From Octopus sinensis (Eukaryota): a stretch of 64,000 bases of DNA. Positions within the stretch are counted from its first letter, which is position 1. Each line of letters opens with the position of its first letter. Under the pieces are notes generated by a model. That model saw only the letters and a list, made by a program, of their open reading frames with translations. It made no database searches and was not told where the DNA came from. Shown here piece after piece: positions 25,689 through 38,800 of the stretch. A program made the position numbers and the translations under genes. The stretch covers positions 54,250,001 to 54,314,000 of the forward strand of contig NC_042997.1 of the NCBI RefSeq assembly GCF_006345805.1, given 5' to 3'.

Positions 25689-25899
25689 TTAACCCTTTAG
25701 CATATAAACTGGCCATATCTGGCCCAAATATTCTACTCGTTTTGTATTTAAAACAGCTAGATTTGGCCCCTCATACCTACCCTACAATGTCATTCTAAAA
25801 ATAAACATTGAAGCTATGTGATAGTCTATGATTAATTAAAAACAATGAGAATAAATAAGGATTACATTTGACTGAGAAATCTAATTGTTAAAGGGTTAA
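25689..25899. mobile_element. piggyBac-like MITE with TTAA TSD and CCCTTTA(G/A)CA TIRs
   Basis: TTAA (25689-25692) CCCTTTAGCA ... TGTTAAAGGG TTAA (25896-25899). Confidence 0.7.
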
Positions 25900-26893
25900 A
25901 TCATTTTAGTACTCCATTTCCCAACTAATCTTACCCAAACTGAAATGATAGGTAAATATGCAATAGCAGTCTTTGGCAGTTTTATCAAATGACACTTCTG
26001 TTACTGATTTACCAACCAGAACCTGTAGTTAATAAAGCATCCTTTTTCTCTGTGGAACTCTTGCTTCCTTGAATGTATTTTGGATGATTTCTTTGATATT
26101 TTCCTCTAACATTTTGGTATGTCTCCACCCACTTATAAAGTTTTCTTCATGTTTGCAGTTAGTAAAAATTTTCTTGATTGGCATGTAACTGTTATAACAT
26201 CTATAGTCTTTCCCTGAAGGTATTTATTGAAGCTGTTTGTGTTTAAGATTGTTATTTTTAGCACAACCAAACCAATTAAGAAATCAAAATCACATCTGGC
26301 ATTCAATAATACACAACAATCTATATCAGGAGAAGAGGTCTTGATCATTTGTCAAGTCACGGCTTTTACTTCTTCATATCTACAAGACCACTTTGTAACA
26401 CCTTGAGATTTGTCACTGTCAACCATGGTATTTTCAAAGTGTACATGTCATTTAGACTGGCCTCCAGAAAGCTGTAGAATCTACAGTGTAGATGCTTTAA
26501 GTAGTTCCTGTGATATTGCAGAGAGGTTCAGTATCTGCCATTGTATCTTATATAGCAAGATTTAGGTGCTCATAAAAATGGACACAAATGGCAAGCAGAG
26601 GACAGTCCTTTATTTTATGAATACCACTCATATTTGTTTTGCCATCAAAACATTTTTCACAATTTTATCATGCATCCAGATTATTCTCCAGCTTTCTGAG
26701 TACAATTTTGACTAATTCATGGAGTACACTTTCTTCAGAAATAGGAGGTATATATAGTTCAATGAAAGACACCCTGATTTTTCCTTCAGATGCACTATAT
26801 CTCAGATTGATTTGATATATATTACAACTTGCTTAATCCTGCTGTTTCATTTAAGATAATGGAATATTCTTCCTGAACACTTTTTGCTACACT

Positions 26894-27320
26894 ACATCAT
26901 CATCATCGTTTAACGTCCACTTTACATGCTGGCATGGATTGGACAGTTTGACTGAGGACTTGCAAGCCAGGAGGCTGCACCAGGCTTCAATCTGATCTGG
27001 CAAGGTTTCTACAGCTGGATACCCTTCCTAACATCAACCATTCCAAGAGTGTAGTGGGTGCTTTTTGCATGCCGCTGGCATGAGGGCCAGTCAGGCAGCA
27101 CTGGCATCGACCAGGCTTGAATGGTGCTTTTTACATGCCACCAGCACTGTTATCTGTCACACTCAAATGGTACTTTTTACATACTACCAGCATAGGTGCC
27201 AGTCAGGTGGTGCTGGCATCAACCATGACTATGATTTCACTTGACTCAACAGGTCTTCTCAAGCACAGCATATTGCCCGACAATTGAAGGGTACTTTTAA
27301 ATGGGCCGGTTATGTGACAC
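26894..27320 (-). mobile_element. RTE 3' UTR fragment inserted in the hAT fossil
   Basis: (CAT)n tail and family sequence; acactac occurs at both junctions. Confidence 0.8.
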
Positions 27321-27837
27321 TACCTAAAAAATAACATCAGTCATATCAATAATTTCATTTTAGACAACAGTTGAGATCCACTGTAAATGTACATCTAACT
27401 GATTTTTCAGTTTTTCTCCTAGACTAGGAATATTCATTAGAACCATGGGAGATTCATAAGTCACAATCACTTCATCAATATTTTCTTCACTTGAAATGTT
27501 TTCAAATTTGGAAGAAACAGGCTGTGTAGAGACTATAGGTACTTTTGTGTTATCCTAATAATTACTGTCATCAAAGCTGTTCTTTGCAATAGTTTGTTTG
27601 GGTTATAGAAATAACATTTTTCTCATTATCTCACTCATTGTAAGTTACAATTTTTTAGGCAATAATGTAAAAGGCACAGTTTGACTGGCATGAATAATCT
27701 TAACCTGTTTTTCTTTGTGAGCAGGATCTTATTTTCTTGTCCTTTCTGCATATTTGATGCATTAACAATAAACCCATTTGCATGTTTGTTTTTTCCCCCA
27801 TGATGAAGATTTAGCATAAATAATTTGTATTTGTTCA

Positions 27838-28045
27838 TAATGCAGTGAGCTGGAAGAAACATTAGCATGCCAGGCAAAATGCTTAGCAGTATTTTGTCTC
27901 TCTTTATGTTCTGAGTTCAAATTCCTCAGAGGTCGACTTTGCCTTTCATCCTTTCAGGGTCGATAAATTAATTACCAGTTGGGGACAATCTAATTGACTG
28001 GCCCCCTCCCCCAAAATTTCAGGCCTTGTGCCTAGAGTAGAAAAG
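27838..28045 (+). mobile_element. SINE family B with a perfect 16-bp TSD
   Basis: aatttgtatttgttca at 27822-27837 and 28046-28061. Confidence 0.9.
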
Positions 28046-28689
28046 AATTTGTATTTGTTCAACAGGAACAGAACACACACCAGGGAAGCAACCCATATAG
28101 TATTAATCAACATTAATTACTATAAATATATTTTAGAGGGAGCATATTCAGATCTCCATCCACAGAAGTGTTGCAAACATTGTTATATCAAAGAATAACA
28201 TAGAAAGACTGGAAAAGTTGAAGATTTTCTATAACAAACAAAAAAAATAAACAAGGGAGCAAGTGGAGAAAATAAGAGCATTGTGTTAATTCCTAGACTT
28301 TTGAAAAAATGAATGGGAACAAATTTAAGAAAGTTGCTTGTCAAGAACTTTGGCTGATTATTAGCTAGTTATAAATTTGCCATCATTTTATATTTATTAA
28401 CCTTTTGGCGCTTTCAATTTAAAATTTTTTCTTTTTGTTTTTCTTGAATTTGGTTCCCCATGACTTGCAGCTTATGTTAAATAGTAATTAGAATTAGCAA
28501 AGGTTTGTCTACCACTGGGCTAAATAAAAAATCAATCAACACCCAACCATTTATAGAGAAGACTGAGTTAACAATATATAGTAGGTATGTCTGTATCATT
28601 TTAAACATCTCTTAGCTAAATACATTCAAACCACATGCCTGTATATATTGCAACAAATGAAAATTGAACACAATAAATAGAACAGCAGT

Positions 28690-29358
28690 ATCATCATCAT
28701 CATCATCATTGTTTAACGTCCGTTTTCCATGCTAGCATGGGTTGGATAGTTCGACCGGGGTCTGGGAGCCAGGAGGCTGCATCAGGCTCCAGTCTGATCT
28801 GGCAGTGTTTCTACAGCTGGATGCCCTTCCTAACACCAACCACTCTGAATGTAGTGGGTGCTTTTTACGTGCCATCCGCACAGGTGCCAGGGGAGGCTGG
28901 CAACGGCCACGATCGGTTGGTGCTTTTTACGTGCCACCGGTACGGAAGCCAGTCAAGGAAGCACTGGCATCGTCCACATTTGGATGGTGCTTTTTACGTG
29001 CCACCGGCACAGGTATCACAACTACAATTTCCATTTGATTTTTATTTGATGTTGAAATAGTTGACTCAATAGGTCTCCTCAAGCACAGCAGGTCGCCCTA
29101 CAATCCAAGGTAAGCACAGCCGGTCGTCCTGTGATCCAAGGTACTTTGGGTGGGCTGGGTCTGCTATATGAAGCTGGTGCAGTAAACAGCCTTGAACTCA
29201 CGTTATTTGCTGGTGCAGTAAATAGCCACGAACTCATGTTATTTGTCGGGTCTTTGCAGTTACAGCATATCTCTGTCTGTCGTCATTGCCTCTGTGAGGC
29301 CCAACATTCGAAGGTCATGCTTAACCATCTCATCCCATGTCTTTCTGGGTCTACCTCT
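28690..29358 (-). mobile_element. 5'-truncated RTE (ORF end, 3' UTR and tail)
   Basis: The ORF end [25 protein letters not shown] is contiguous with the (CAT)n-tailed UTR. Confidence 0.85.
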
Positions 29359-30044
29359 AATAAAACAGAACTGCTAGTATTGTTCCTCATTTTGACCGAA
29401 CATCATTTAATCATAGACATGCATGTACTTTCAAGCTTCAGACAATATTCTTGTTTTCAAATGCATTGAGCTCAGTGGCAACAATCAAATACTTAACAGT
29501 GACCTATAGATCTAGTCTGCTTGATATTCCATTTTTAAATCAGTGTGTTTGATTGTACAAGAGGCAATGTGATAATCAAACCATATAGCATCTAATTTAC
29601 TGTACAACTTAATTTCTATGTCTGGAGACTTTGATAACTGCAGCAAAAGCTGATAAGATATCTACTTCATTCTTGTATTGTAGATGTACATTTTCTCATA
29701 ATTTATTGAAAGTTTACAACTTAGCACTGCAGAAGAGCAATTATCATACTGGCTTTTTTTACTATATATCTGATAAAAATGTGCTTTTGTGGATTAGATG
29801 GTTGAGAATGTGATTTTAGAAGATCGTTGTGTTAGTGTTAAGATGTATTCTGAATAAATTCTGCTATTTGTAAAGCTTGACATTTTGTAGCAAAGCACTG
29901 GTGTTTGGGAGTGGTATATTATGGAACTTGCTTTAGCAATCTCAGAATGATAAATAGTAAGGTTGCTCCTTGCAGGGTTTGAATTTAGAGAGCAGAGGGT
30001 TGAAATTAAATGAGGCAGTTAGTCTGAGACTCTATTGTTTACAT

Positions 30045-30177
30045 CAATATAAACTTGCTATCCTTAAATTAATAATAAATGGCTTATTTATCTTAAATCT
30101 TCATCATCATCAAATGATGATGATTATGATTTGAGATAAATTAACCATTTATTATTAAGGATAGCAAATTTATATTG
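30045..30177. repeat. Diverged fold-back inverted repeat centred on (CAT)n/(ATG)n
   Basis: 30045-30099 versus 30128-30177 differ by a 5-nt indel and 4 substitutions; the core is tcatcatcatc-aa-atgatgatga. Confidence 0.85.
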
Positions 30178-32528
30178 GAGTAAAAAAAAATAAGTGAACA
30201 TTTTTAAATGCATTTTATGCCAATGTTGTTATCAGTGAGTAATTAATTCTACTAATAGTAGGAATAACCAGTATTATGTTCGTGTCATTCCCAAGGACAT
30301 TAAATGATCTAAGAGAAGGGAAAGTCTTCTAACTAGAGAGGACAACATGGTTATTGACTCCTTTTTATTTCAACAACAAAAGCAATATTAATCATTAACT
30401 AATATTTTCTTTCTTCTGCACCCCCCACACATACTACAAGCACACACACAAACATGCTACATGCACATGCACACATGCACACACACACACACGCATGCAT
30501 GCACATACATGCACGTTTATTTTCAATTAGTTTTTTTAATGCTCTATGCATTAAATAAGTTAACACTAACTCCCCTAATTATTTTAACTAACTTATATAA
30601 TCAACTTAGCATTAATTGCTTTAAAGAAATTTAATATTATTATTAAAATTTTAATCTAATTATTTGATGTGTTCTTAATTAATCTTCAGTTTCAAGATGT
30701 GGTGCTACATGTAACTGCGCTTCCTCTCCTCTTCAACCTTTGAACTTTTTTACTTTTCAAAAGAAATAACTGAAAAGTCATTCAAATTTGCTCATTAAAA
30801 AGTTGTTAAATTTTGTTTTTCTTTTAAACCGCTAAATTTTGGGGTTTATTTTTACCATATATCTCTTCATCTATCTATAATTAACTGTTTTATGTCAGCA
30901 GTATAGTTAGTGGGTTAGAATACCAACCCAAAGGTCATAATTTCAAATTCAGTCACCAGCTGTATTATTCTATTTACTTTCATCTACCAAGCTGAATATA
31001 GACATCATCGCTCCTCCACATCAAAGACAAGTGATGGTAATTCCAGAAAATGTCTGAATTGGCAAAATCACTGAACCTTTACCAAAATAGAAATGTTTGA
31101 TGTAAAAATATTGGAAAAGAAACTAAAAGAAAACAGTGTGTGTATGTGTCTAACTATATGCATGATATATGTATGTGTGGGTTAAAAATCAGGCTTTGCT
31201 ATTAAATGTTTTGACTGACGTTTTATTTTATGATTTTAGCAAATTTATTTCAAGTACATTTTACATTTTCACAAATTCCAAACTTTTCAGACATTACAAA
31301 ACTTATATATTATTATTTAAAAAATTGACAAAAACTTATTGTTGTTTGTACAATACTTAACCAACTGAAACATTACAACATGACTTTAATATTTAGTTTT
31401 AGCGAACAGATCTTATACACAGTAACAATAGCCATTGCTGGGTGATTTGTTAGGATTGTCAGCTGGCTTGTAGTAGAATCAGTTACATTGATTCTGCTGT
31501 ATAAAGCTTTGATAAAATCTTTTGCTGGCCCAGTCAATCTGACCATAAGCCGTACAATAAGAGGGTACAGTTCACAGCTGTAACAAGCCAACTATCTAAC
31601 TAACCAATGTTTCTTATCTAACAGTACTGATCTCAAGTCTTCCCAAGAGTGAAGATTTTTGCTTGTTGTTTCTTTGCAAGATGGGTGATGTCACTCAAAC
31701 ATTTAACACAGTAAAGTTTTAGATAAGTTTTGGTAAATTTTGCCTTTGAATGGATTTCAAAAACTGGTGATACACATAGAAATCTTAATTGAAAATCCTT
31801 TGGTTGGGAGAATTAAACCAGAGGGACTAGGCTAGATGTTACTCCCTGACTGAGTTGGGAAGTTGCTGATAAAAAAAAAATTGCATTTAATAATTTGTGC
31901 TTATAATATTAGTACAATACTGTCTTCAGCTTGATGATCAATACTCATTGCTTCAGTGTTGATTTTAAGGTATTTTGAATTTATTTCCTTCAATAAGTAA
32001 GTGATGCAATGAACCAATGAATGAGTTTCTATACAGTTGTCCAACTTGCTGGAAAAAGAAACATCTCCTTTAAATCACATCTTATTGTATTAATTAGAAA
32101 AGGATTCATTTGATGATGTAATCTCTGGTATATTAAAAGATGAGATGGTTAAAGCCTTTGTTCATATGTCTCCTGCATCAGAATAGACAAATGGGTTAAA
32201 CAACTATAACATAAGTAATACATTTGATTTATCATGAAATAAATTAATGACGGAAAATGATAACTAGATGACTATAACTTTCACATTGATTTGTTCTCTT
32301 ACCAACAATATGATGACGATGTGGTCTTGTGATTAAGTAGCAACTATTACTAATGCTTTCATTCATTGCTGATTGCTACAAGTTCATATCTTTCAAATGG
32401 ACTTTTAAAAGTGCTATAAAAACATGACAATATTTGTTACATTTAAAAAACCCTGAGATTTTGTCACATGTATTTGAATGTGCAGGGTATATACATGCAT
32501 GCATATACATGCACACACACACACACAC

Positions 32529-32561
<33 letters not shown>

Positions 32562-32704
32562 CACAACACAACACAACACGCACATACTAGCAGTATGGTC
32601 ATTAACAAAAGATGTAAATGAGCTGTAAGCCTTTTAATGTTACTTTTATTTTAGTTTACTTAACTTTTATATTTTATTCTGTGAAAATTTTGTTATAATT
32701 TCAG

Positions 32705-32855
32705 ACTGGAAACTTCATTTTTAATGGGAAAAAATATAACATTCAGCATTTAAATCAAGGTACTAATGATCTTGACTTAACAACTCCATTCGCACATATA
32801 ATATTTAAAGATAAAATCAACTGGAAATCTAACCATTCCTACTGTGAGACACATG
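32705..32855 (+). CDS. ADAMTS exon: C-terminal prodomain ([16 protein letters not shown]...AHIIFKD...SYCETH-G)
   Basis: Acceptor ataatttcag, 151 nt open, donor G|gtaag. The phase-1 end matches the exon at 49145. It resembles the xGxFxxxGxxYxIEPL...HIIY...C prodomain exon of ADAMTS proteins. Confidence 0.8.
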
Positions 32856-35800
32856 GTAAGTTGTTCCAATTTATTAACTTGCTATGTTTAAAAGGAAATG
32901 ACATCACTGATCTGCTAGATATGTAACACAAGATGGAGAGCGTTTTGTAGAATTAACAGGTCAATTAGGATTTCAAAAAATATTGTGTGTCCTGTAAATA
33001 CACATCATTTGTACAAGAAGTGAATATTTTAAATCTTATTTAAGGTGAAATAATTTAGATATATGATATTTTGTGAGTTGCTCTTAAAGTGTTGAAAAGT
33101 TAAATTTTTACACCATATATCTTTCCATCAAGGTTGTTAATTTACTTTCTTAATAGCTATTCCAGTTAGTCATAGGTTAATTATACTGAATGGGTCAAAC
33201 AGCTTTAGTTAATTACCAAGTTTTGCATCAACCTTCTGACTCCTCTTCCTTGTAATATAGCAGTGAGATTAGAGTGAGCCAAGGTTCAAAATACCAACCA
33301 GTGAACCAGATATGTGATATCTATGTATAAAACTTAGGATGTATTACATTTGTAATCTATTTGAGAAGAGCCAAGAGAGATGTTGTGTGGAGTTATGTAA
33401 GCACTAATGTAAATAATTTAAATCTCTAAGCTGTACCATATATACCTTTTATTATATTTATTTTTTACCTCAGTTTATATTATTTAAAAAAAAAGGTCAG
33501 CTATTTGCACTTACTATAGGGGAAATAGTTCAAAAGGGATGAAGGTAATTGGACTAAATTTATGATTTTACTTTGAGTACGAGATGTCAATTAACCCTTG
33601 CCATATGTTTTTGACAGTTTAGTAGTATTTCCTAATTAGAACATTATTTATTTTAAATCCAGTTTCTGATTTTATAACTGGCAGTAAGGAATCAAATATT
33701 TATATTACTGCTATGGTAAATCTTTTCAACAAAATGACACCTCTATTCAGTTTTGTATTTGTTCTTCTGCCTTAGGAACATAAATATTCATAATATTTTT
33801 ACAATGTTAGCAATACTAACACATATTTCAAAGGTTTTGGAATATACTTTCTAGATATTTTAAGAATTCATTGAAAATGCTTTTTCACCAAGATCATTGG
33901 TAAAAGTGAGAATAGAATGTTCAAGAGTGAAGAATACAATCTTATGTTTTACTTGAATTTCATAACAAACAGGGTTAACATATTATTATTATAATAAGCC
34001 CATGGTGGGTGCTGAGTCACTAACTCAGCATAATGTTTTGTTTTGTTTATAGCATTTCCAAGTCCAACAGATTAACAGACAATGAGAAAAATGAAGTCAT
34101 AGCAGGAAAGAGGGATTAAACTAGCTTCCACTTTCTTACTGTCCTACATTTCACCAGTGTTACTGATACATAATGAAAATGAATGGAAGCTAGGAACGTT
34201 GATTTTTTTCTTTTGAAGAACTGAAGAACTAATCCTGTAATAAAAGAAGTTTAATATCTCATAACAGGAAGATGCTTTTTTTCTAAAAATTTATAGTAAA
34301 GTTTGTAGCAGAATCACCTCTGTAAGGAATATTTTTCTAAGGATAATATCATCTGAAAGAATATTTTCATGAATAATATCACATATTTGTGATATCCTTT
34401 TCCAAATGATTTTTTATTGCTTATCCATTTTCATATTAGAATTAATTATACTTAACAGTTGAAGAACAACTACATCAACCATGCTCATTAACATTGATTC
34501 ATTCAAATACACATAGTAAGTGATTATATATGTAAATTATATTAATGAAAAGTAAATTCTGTTGTGGTACCTACTCTAAACTACTTAAAGAAAATAGTAT
34601 AAAAAGGGTTTTTATTGTCTTTATGTAATACATCTAGAGTAAGCAATCTTAATAAAATCTTTATGTAATACATCTAGAGTAAGCAATCTTAATAAAATCT
34701 CTTTCCTAGTTAACCAACACTAAATTCAGTACTAGAGACTAATGAAAAATTTAACAATTGTGCAGGGTCCTAGCTAGTCCTGTACCTATTTTCAATAATA
34801 GGTATGAATATAGTGCAATTCTGATAATAAAATACAAACTCTCAATTCATCAGCTTGTAGCCCCGCAAACTATCAACTTAGCCACCTGCACTTTTCTCAA
34901 AACGGTTAGCAGTAAAAATAATGAGCAAAACCCTTGACCTTACAAATTACTGTCTTCTATATGAATTTTTCATTATCTGAAGAGTTTATTCATTATAACA
35001 GCATGACGTAGCATACTTCCTGTGACATTCAAATGACCTGGTTTTATTTAATTAAACTAAGGCAGGTTTCTTACTGTTCAACAGAAACTATGTTTCTAAT
35101 AGCTCAACCATCTTTCTTCTATAAGAGAAAAAAAATCATAATCTCTTTAAAATTTCATTGAAGTAGATGAATTGTTGAAAGATATTTCTGCAGCTTTATG
35201 CTCTTCCTTATATAAACTCCTGTTTTCTGTTAGCTTACTTGCTACATGATGCCAAAACAAGAATTTGAAAATATGACTTTTCAATAAAAAGATATCTAAC
35301 GTCTTATCCAGGCTATGTATCTTGTAGTGATGTATGTGTGTGTGCGTGTGCATGCACGTGTGTGTATGTGTGTGTGTGCATAGGTGCAGATGTAGCTGTA
35401 TGGTTGAGAAGCTTGCTTCCCAATCATGTAGTCTTGGGTTCAGTCCCACTATGCAGCACTGTGAGCCAGCCCTAGGCTGACCAAAGTCTTGTGAGTGGAT
35501 TCTGTAGACATAACCTATTTCTTTATTACCCACAAGGGGCTAAACACAGAAGGGACAAACAAGGACAGACATAGGTATTAAGTCGATTACATCGACCCCA
35601 GTGCATAACTGGTACTTAATTTATCGACCCCGAAAGGATGAAAGGCAAAGTCGACCTCAGCGGAATTTGAACTCACAACGTTGCGCCAGACGAAATACCG
35701 CTAAGCATTTCGCCTGGCACGCTAACATTTCTGCCAGCTCACCGCCTTCTGTAGACATAACCGACGTCACATGATGGTTGTAAACAAATGTCGCTGTCAT

Positions 35801-38800
35801 ATAAGTGATGTCATTCATTTCAAATCTTCCATGAAAAATATGTCTGACCTTGAAGAAATATGTTATTTGGAAACAGGTGAGGATTTCTTACAGGAAGAGT
35901 GTCAAGCCATAAAAAATTTGCTCCAGTGAATTCCATCTGACCTATCTAAACATGGTAAAATTAACATTAAAACAATGATAATCTGACCCAGTAGGGTCAA
36001 GACAATAGAGTGTTTTGCTAATACAAAAAAAAAAGAGAGAGAGAAAAAGAAAACGATCTCATTCTCAAGTGGCATTTAGTAAGTGGTATGAAAGTCAGAA
36101 CCACAAAGTGTGGGTGGCAGTAAGTCAAGAAATAGCTGCAGTGTGTTAAATTTCAGTCATAGTTTAGCGCAGCTCTTTTACTCTTTACTCTTTTACTCTT
36201 TTACTTGTTTCAGTCATTTGACTGTGGCCATGCTGGAGCACTGCCTTTTGTCGAGCAAATTGACCCCAGGACTTATTCTTTGTAAGCCTAGTACTTATTC
36301 TATTGGTCTCTATTGCCAAACTGCTAAGTTATGGGGACGTAAACACACCACCATCGGTTGTCAAGCGATGTTGGGGGGGACAAACACAAACACATAAACA
36401 CACACATACATATATACATATATATGACGGGCTTCTTTCAGTTTCCATCTACCAAATCCACTCACAAGGCTTTGGTCCACCTGAGGCTATAGTAGAAGAC
36501 ACTTACTCAAGGTGCCACGCAGTGGGAATGAACCTGGAACCATGTGGTTGGTAAGCAAGCTACTTACCACACAGCTGAAAAACAGATATCATTATGATAG
36601 CCGTGAAAATGACCAAGGTGCTATAACATAACACTAGTAGTAAATTCAGTAGACGGAAACTGTATGGAATCTTGTAATGTGTGTGTGTGTGTGTGTGTGC
36701 GTTAAGGTTTGTGTTTGTGCCCCCACACCAAACACTGCTTGACAACTGGTGTTGGTTTGTTTATGTCCCTTTAACTTAGCAGTTCTACAAAAATGACCAA
36801 CAAAATAAGCACCAGGCTTTAAAAAAATAAGTACAGAGCTCGATTTGTTTGACTAAACCCTTCAAAGCAGTGCCCCACCATGCCCACAGTACTATAACTG
36901 AAACAAGTTAAAGAAAAAAGTTTAGTACCTATTTTATCAATATCTGCTGAGTGAACCAGTTAGTAATTAGTCATAAAACAAAGGACACCAGTTGTTAAGT
37001 GGTGTAAATGTAAACACACACCTACACGCACACAAACAAATATGGTGTTGATGATGACATGGACAAACAATAAAGCACTCAGTATTACTTATAGTACATA
37101 ACATATTGGAAAATATTTATACAATTTCAATATTCATGGTGTACTGCCAGTTTCACAGCTTTATATAATAGCTTTTCTTTAGCATTTCATCTTTTATTTA
37201 CAACCAAAAGCAAGGTTGATACTGTTCAGAGGACATAATTTTAATTTGAGTTGAATGGTTTAAAGCAATCTACTATATATACTTTTATGTCAAAGTAAGC
37301 AGAATGCCTTGTAAAGTGAATAAATGTTCACTCATTTGATCATTTGAATACAATGAGCATGTTCAGCTACAGCTCTACATATATAGGACTAAATAGTGGG
37401 TTCAAACATTTGTATAACTAGCATATGTTTTACAGGCAGCAATTATACTCACATTCATGCAGAGTGCTTACATACCTATATTTGCACATATGTCCAGTTT
37501 CTGTCAACATCTACATATACTCACACACATATTTACACATATACATGCTCACATGCATAGCTGAATGGAAGTAAACAATGTGATATCAGCATAGCTGAAA
37601 AGGGCCTTATGTCCTGAAATACAAGAATACCAGATCTGAAATCTTTACAAAATGTAAACACTTCAATAAACATTTATTTTTATACTGGGATCTTCCAACA
37701 CCACCATAATCATCAGTAGACCAGAGGCAGCATTACATTACATAAACCACTTCAGTTAGTGTGTATGTCAAGAGGGTTAATAATTCATCCACAAGGTCAC
37801 AGCTTTTCTCCAAGAAAGAAGAGTTATTGCAATGCGATATTTTGTATAAAATTGAGTCAACTCTGTTATGAAAGCAAACTTATAAACCAGCCAAGAAGCT
37901 TTATTAGTTAACTGCATTTAAATTAATCACACCATTTTAATGCAATAAATTCTTAATACAGGAAAAAGCCTTTATAGACATCCTGTATAGACAAATTAGT
38001 GAAATAAAAGTTTCTTTTGATTTGATAAGCATGGTTTTGTATGAAAAGTAGATATCACACCAAAGTGTTTCATTCTTTTTTTTTTTAACCATTTTTATAC
38101 CAATTTGCTTAAGACCATCCCAGATTTTGTGATACAAAACTGACCATTTTGAAGTGTTTATTTTTAAGTTTAACCTTTCTGTCATGATTTTATAAGTTTC
38201 TTAATTTATATTCCTAACACCAGATTGGTGAAGAAATAGGTTTTGCTAAATCTGTTATGGGTAGAGAACTTCACTATATGATTGCAAAAAGGTGAAATTG
38301 GAAATTCTGTATTGATTTGAATTAGTTCATTGTATATTACTTTTAATTATAAAACACACAGTTAAGAATTTTTGTGTTTGTTTGTTTCATACTATTTGTT
38401 TTAATTATGTTATTTATTTTTATTCTACCCTTTATCAAATCCTATGATACTTTTTATATCATGCACTAGTGTCTACTTTGGCATGGTTTATGTAGCTGGT
38501 TACCCTTCCTAGTGCCCTTGGTGTCTTGATGTTTTTCATGGCATCAATACTATTGATAATTACTTTGTAATTTGCAAGGTCTAAATTGGTCCCTATGACC
38601 ATGGGAGAACAAAACTGTTGTACTTGCTTCAATTGTTAAAGCTTCAAAAATGATTTAATGTTCTCCAGGATGGCAAAAATGAAAATCAAAAATAATAACC
38701 CTAAATATGTTGAACTAATGAGAAGGCTTCTATGTAGCCATTCAACTTGCTAGAAGTAGAAGTTAAATTTCCCTCAGATTTCCACTCTACTGTTTTAAAA

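Larger units (their letters stand above)
25255..27830 (-). mobile_element. Fossil hAT-superfamily transposase (ZMYM1-like/Tip100 type), interrupted by younger insertions
   Basis: Motifs on the - strand, in order: NEIID, YSIILNET, CFDGKTNMSG, EHLNLA, TKWSCRY, FDFLIGLVVL...NKYLQ, ILATDPA...KQMKTHLRSS, IDIFAAKKDRK. Many stops. Confidence 0.8.

Noticed and set aside
31373-31591. 72-aa - strand ORF (…PAKDFIKALYS…)
   Set aside because: Only a faint resemblance to LINE RT text; no recognisable domain or exon partners.
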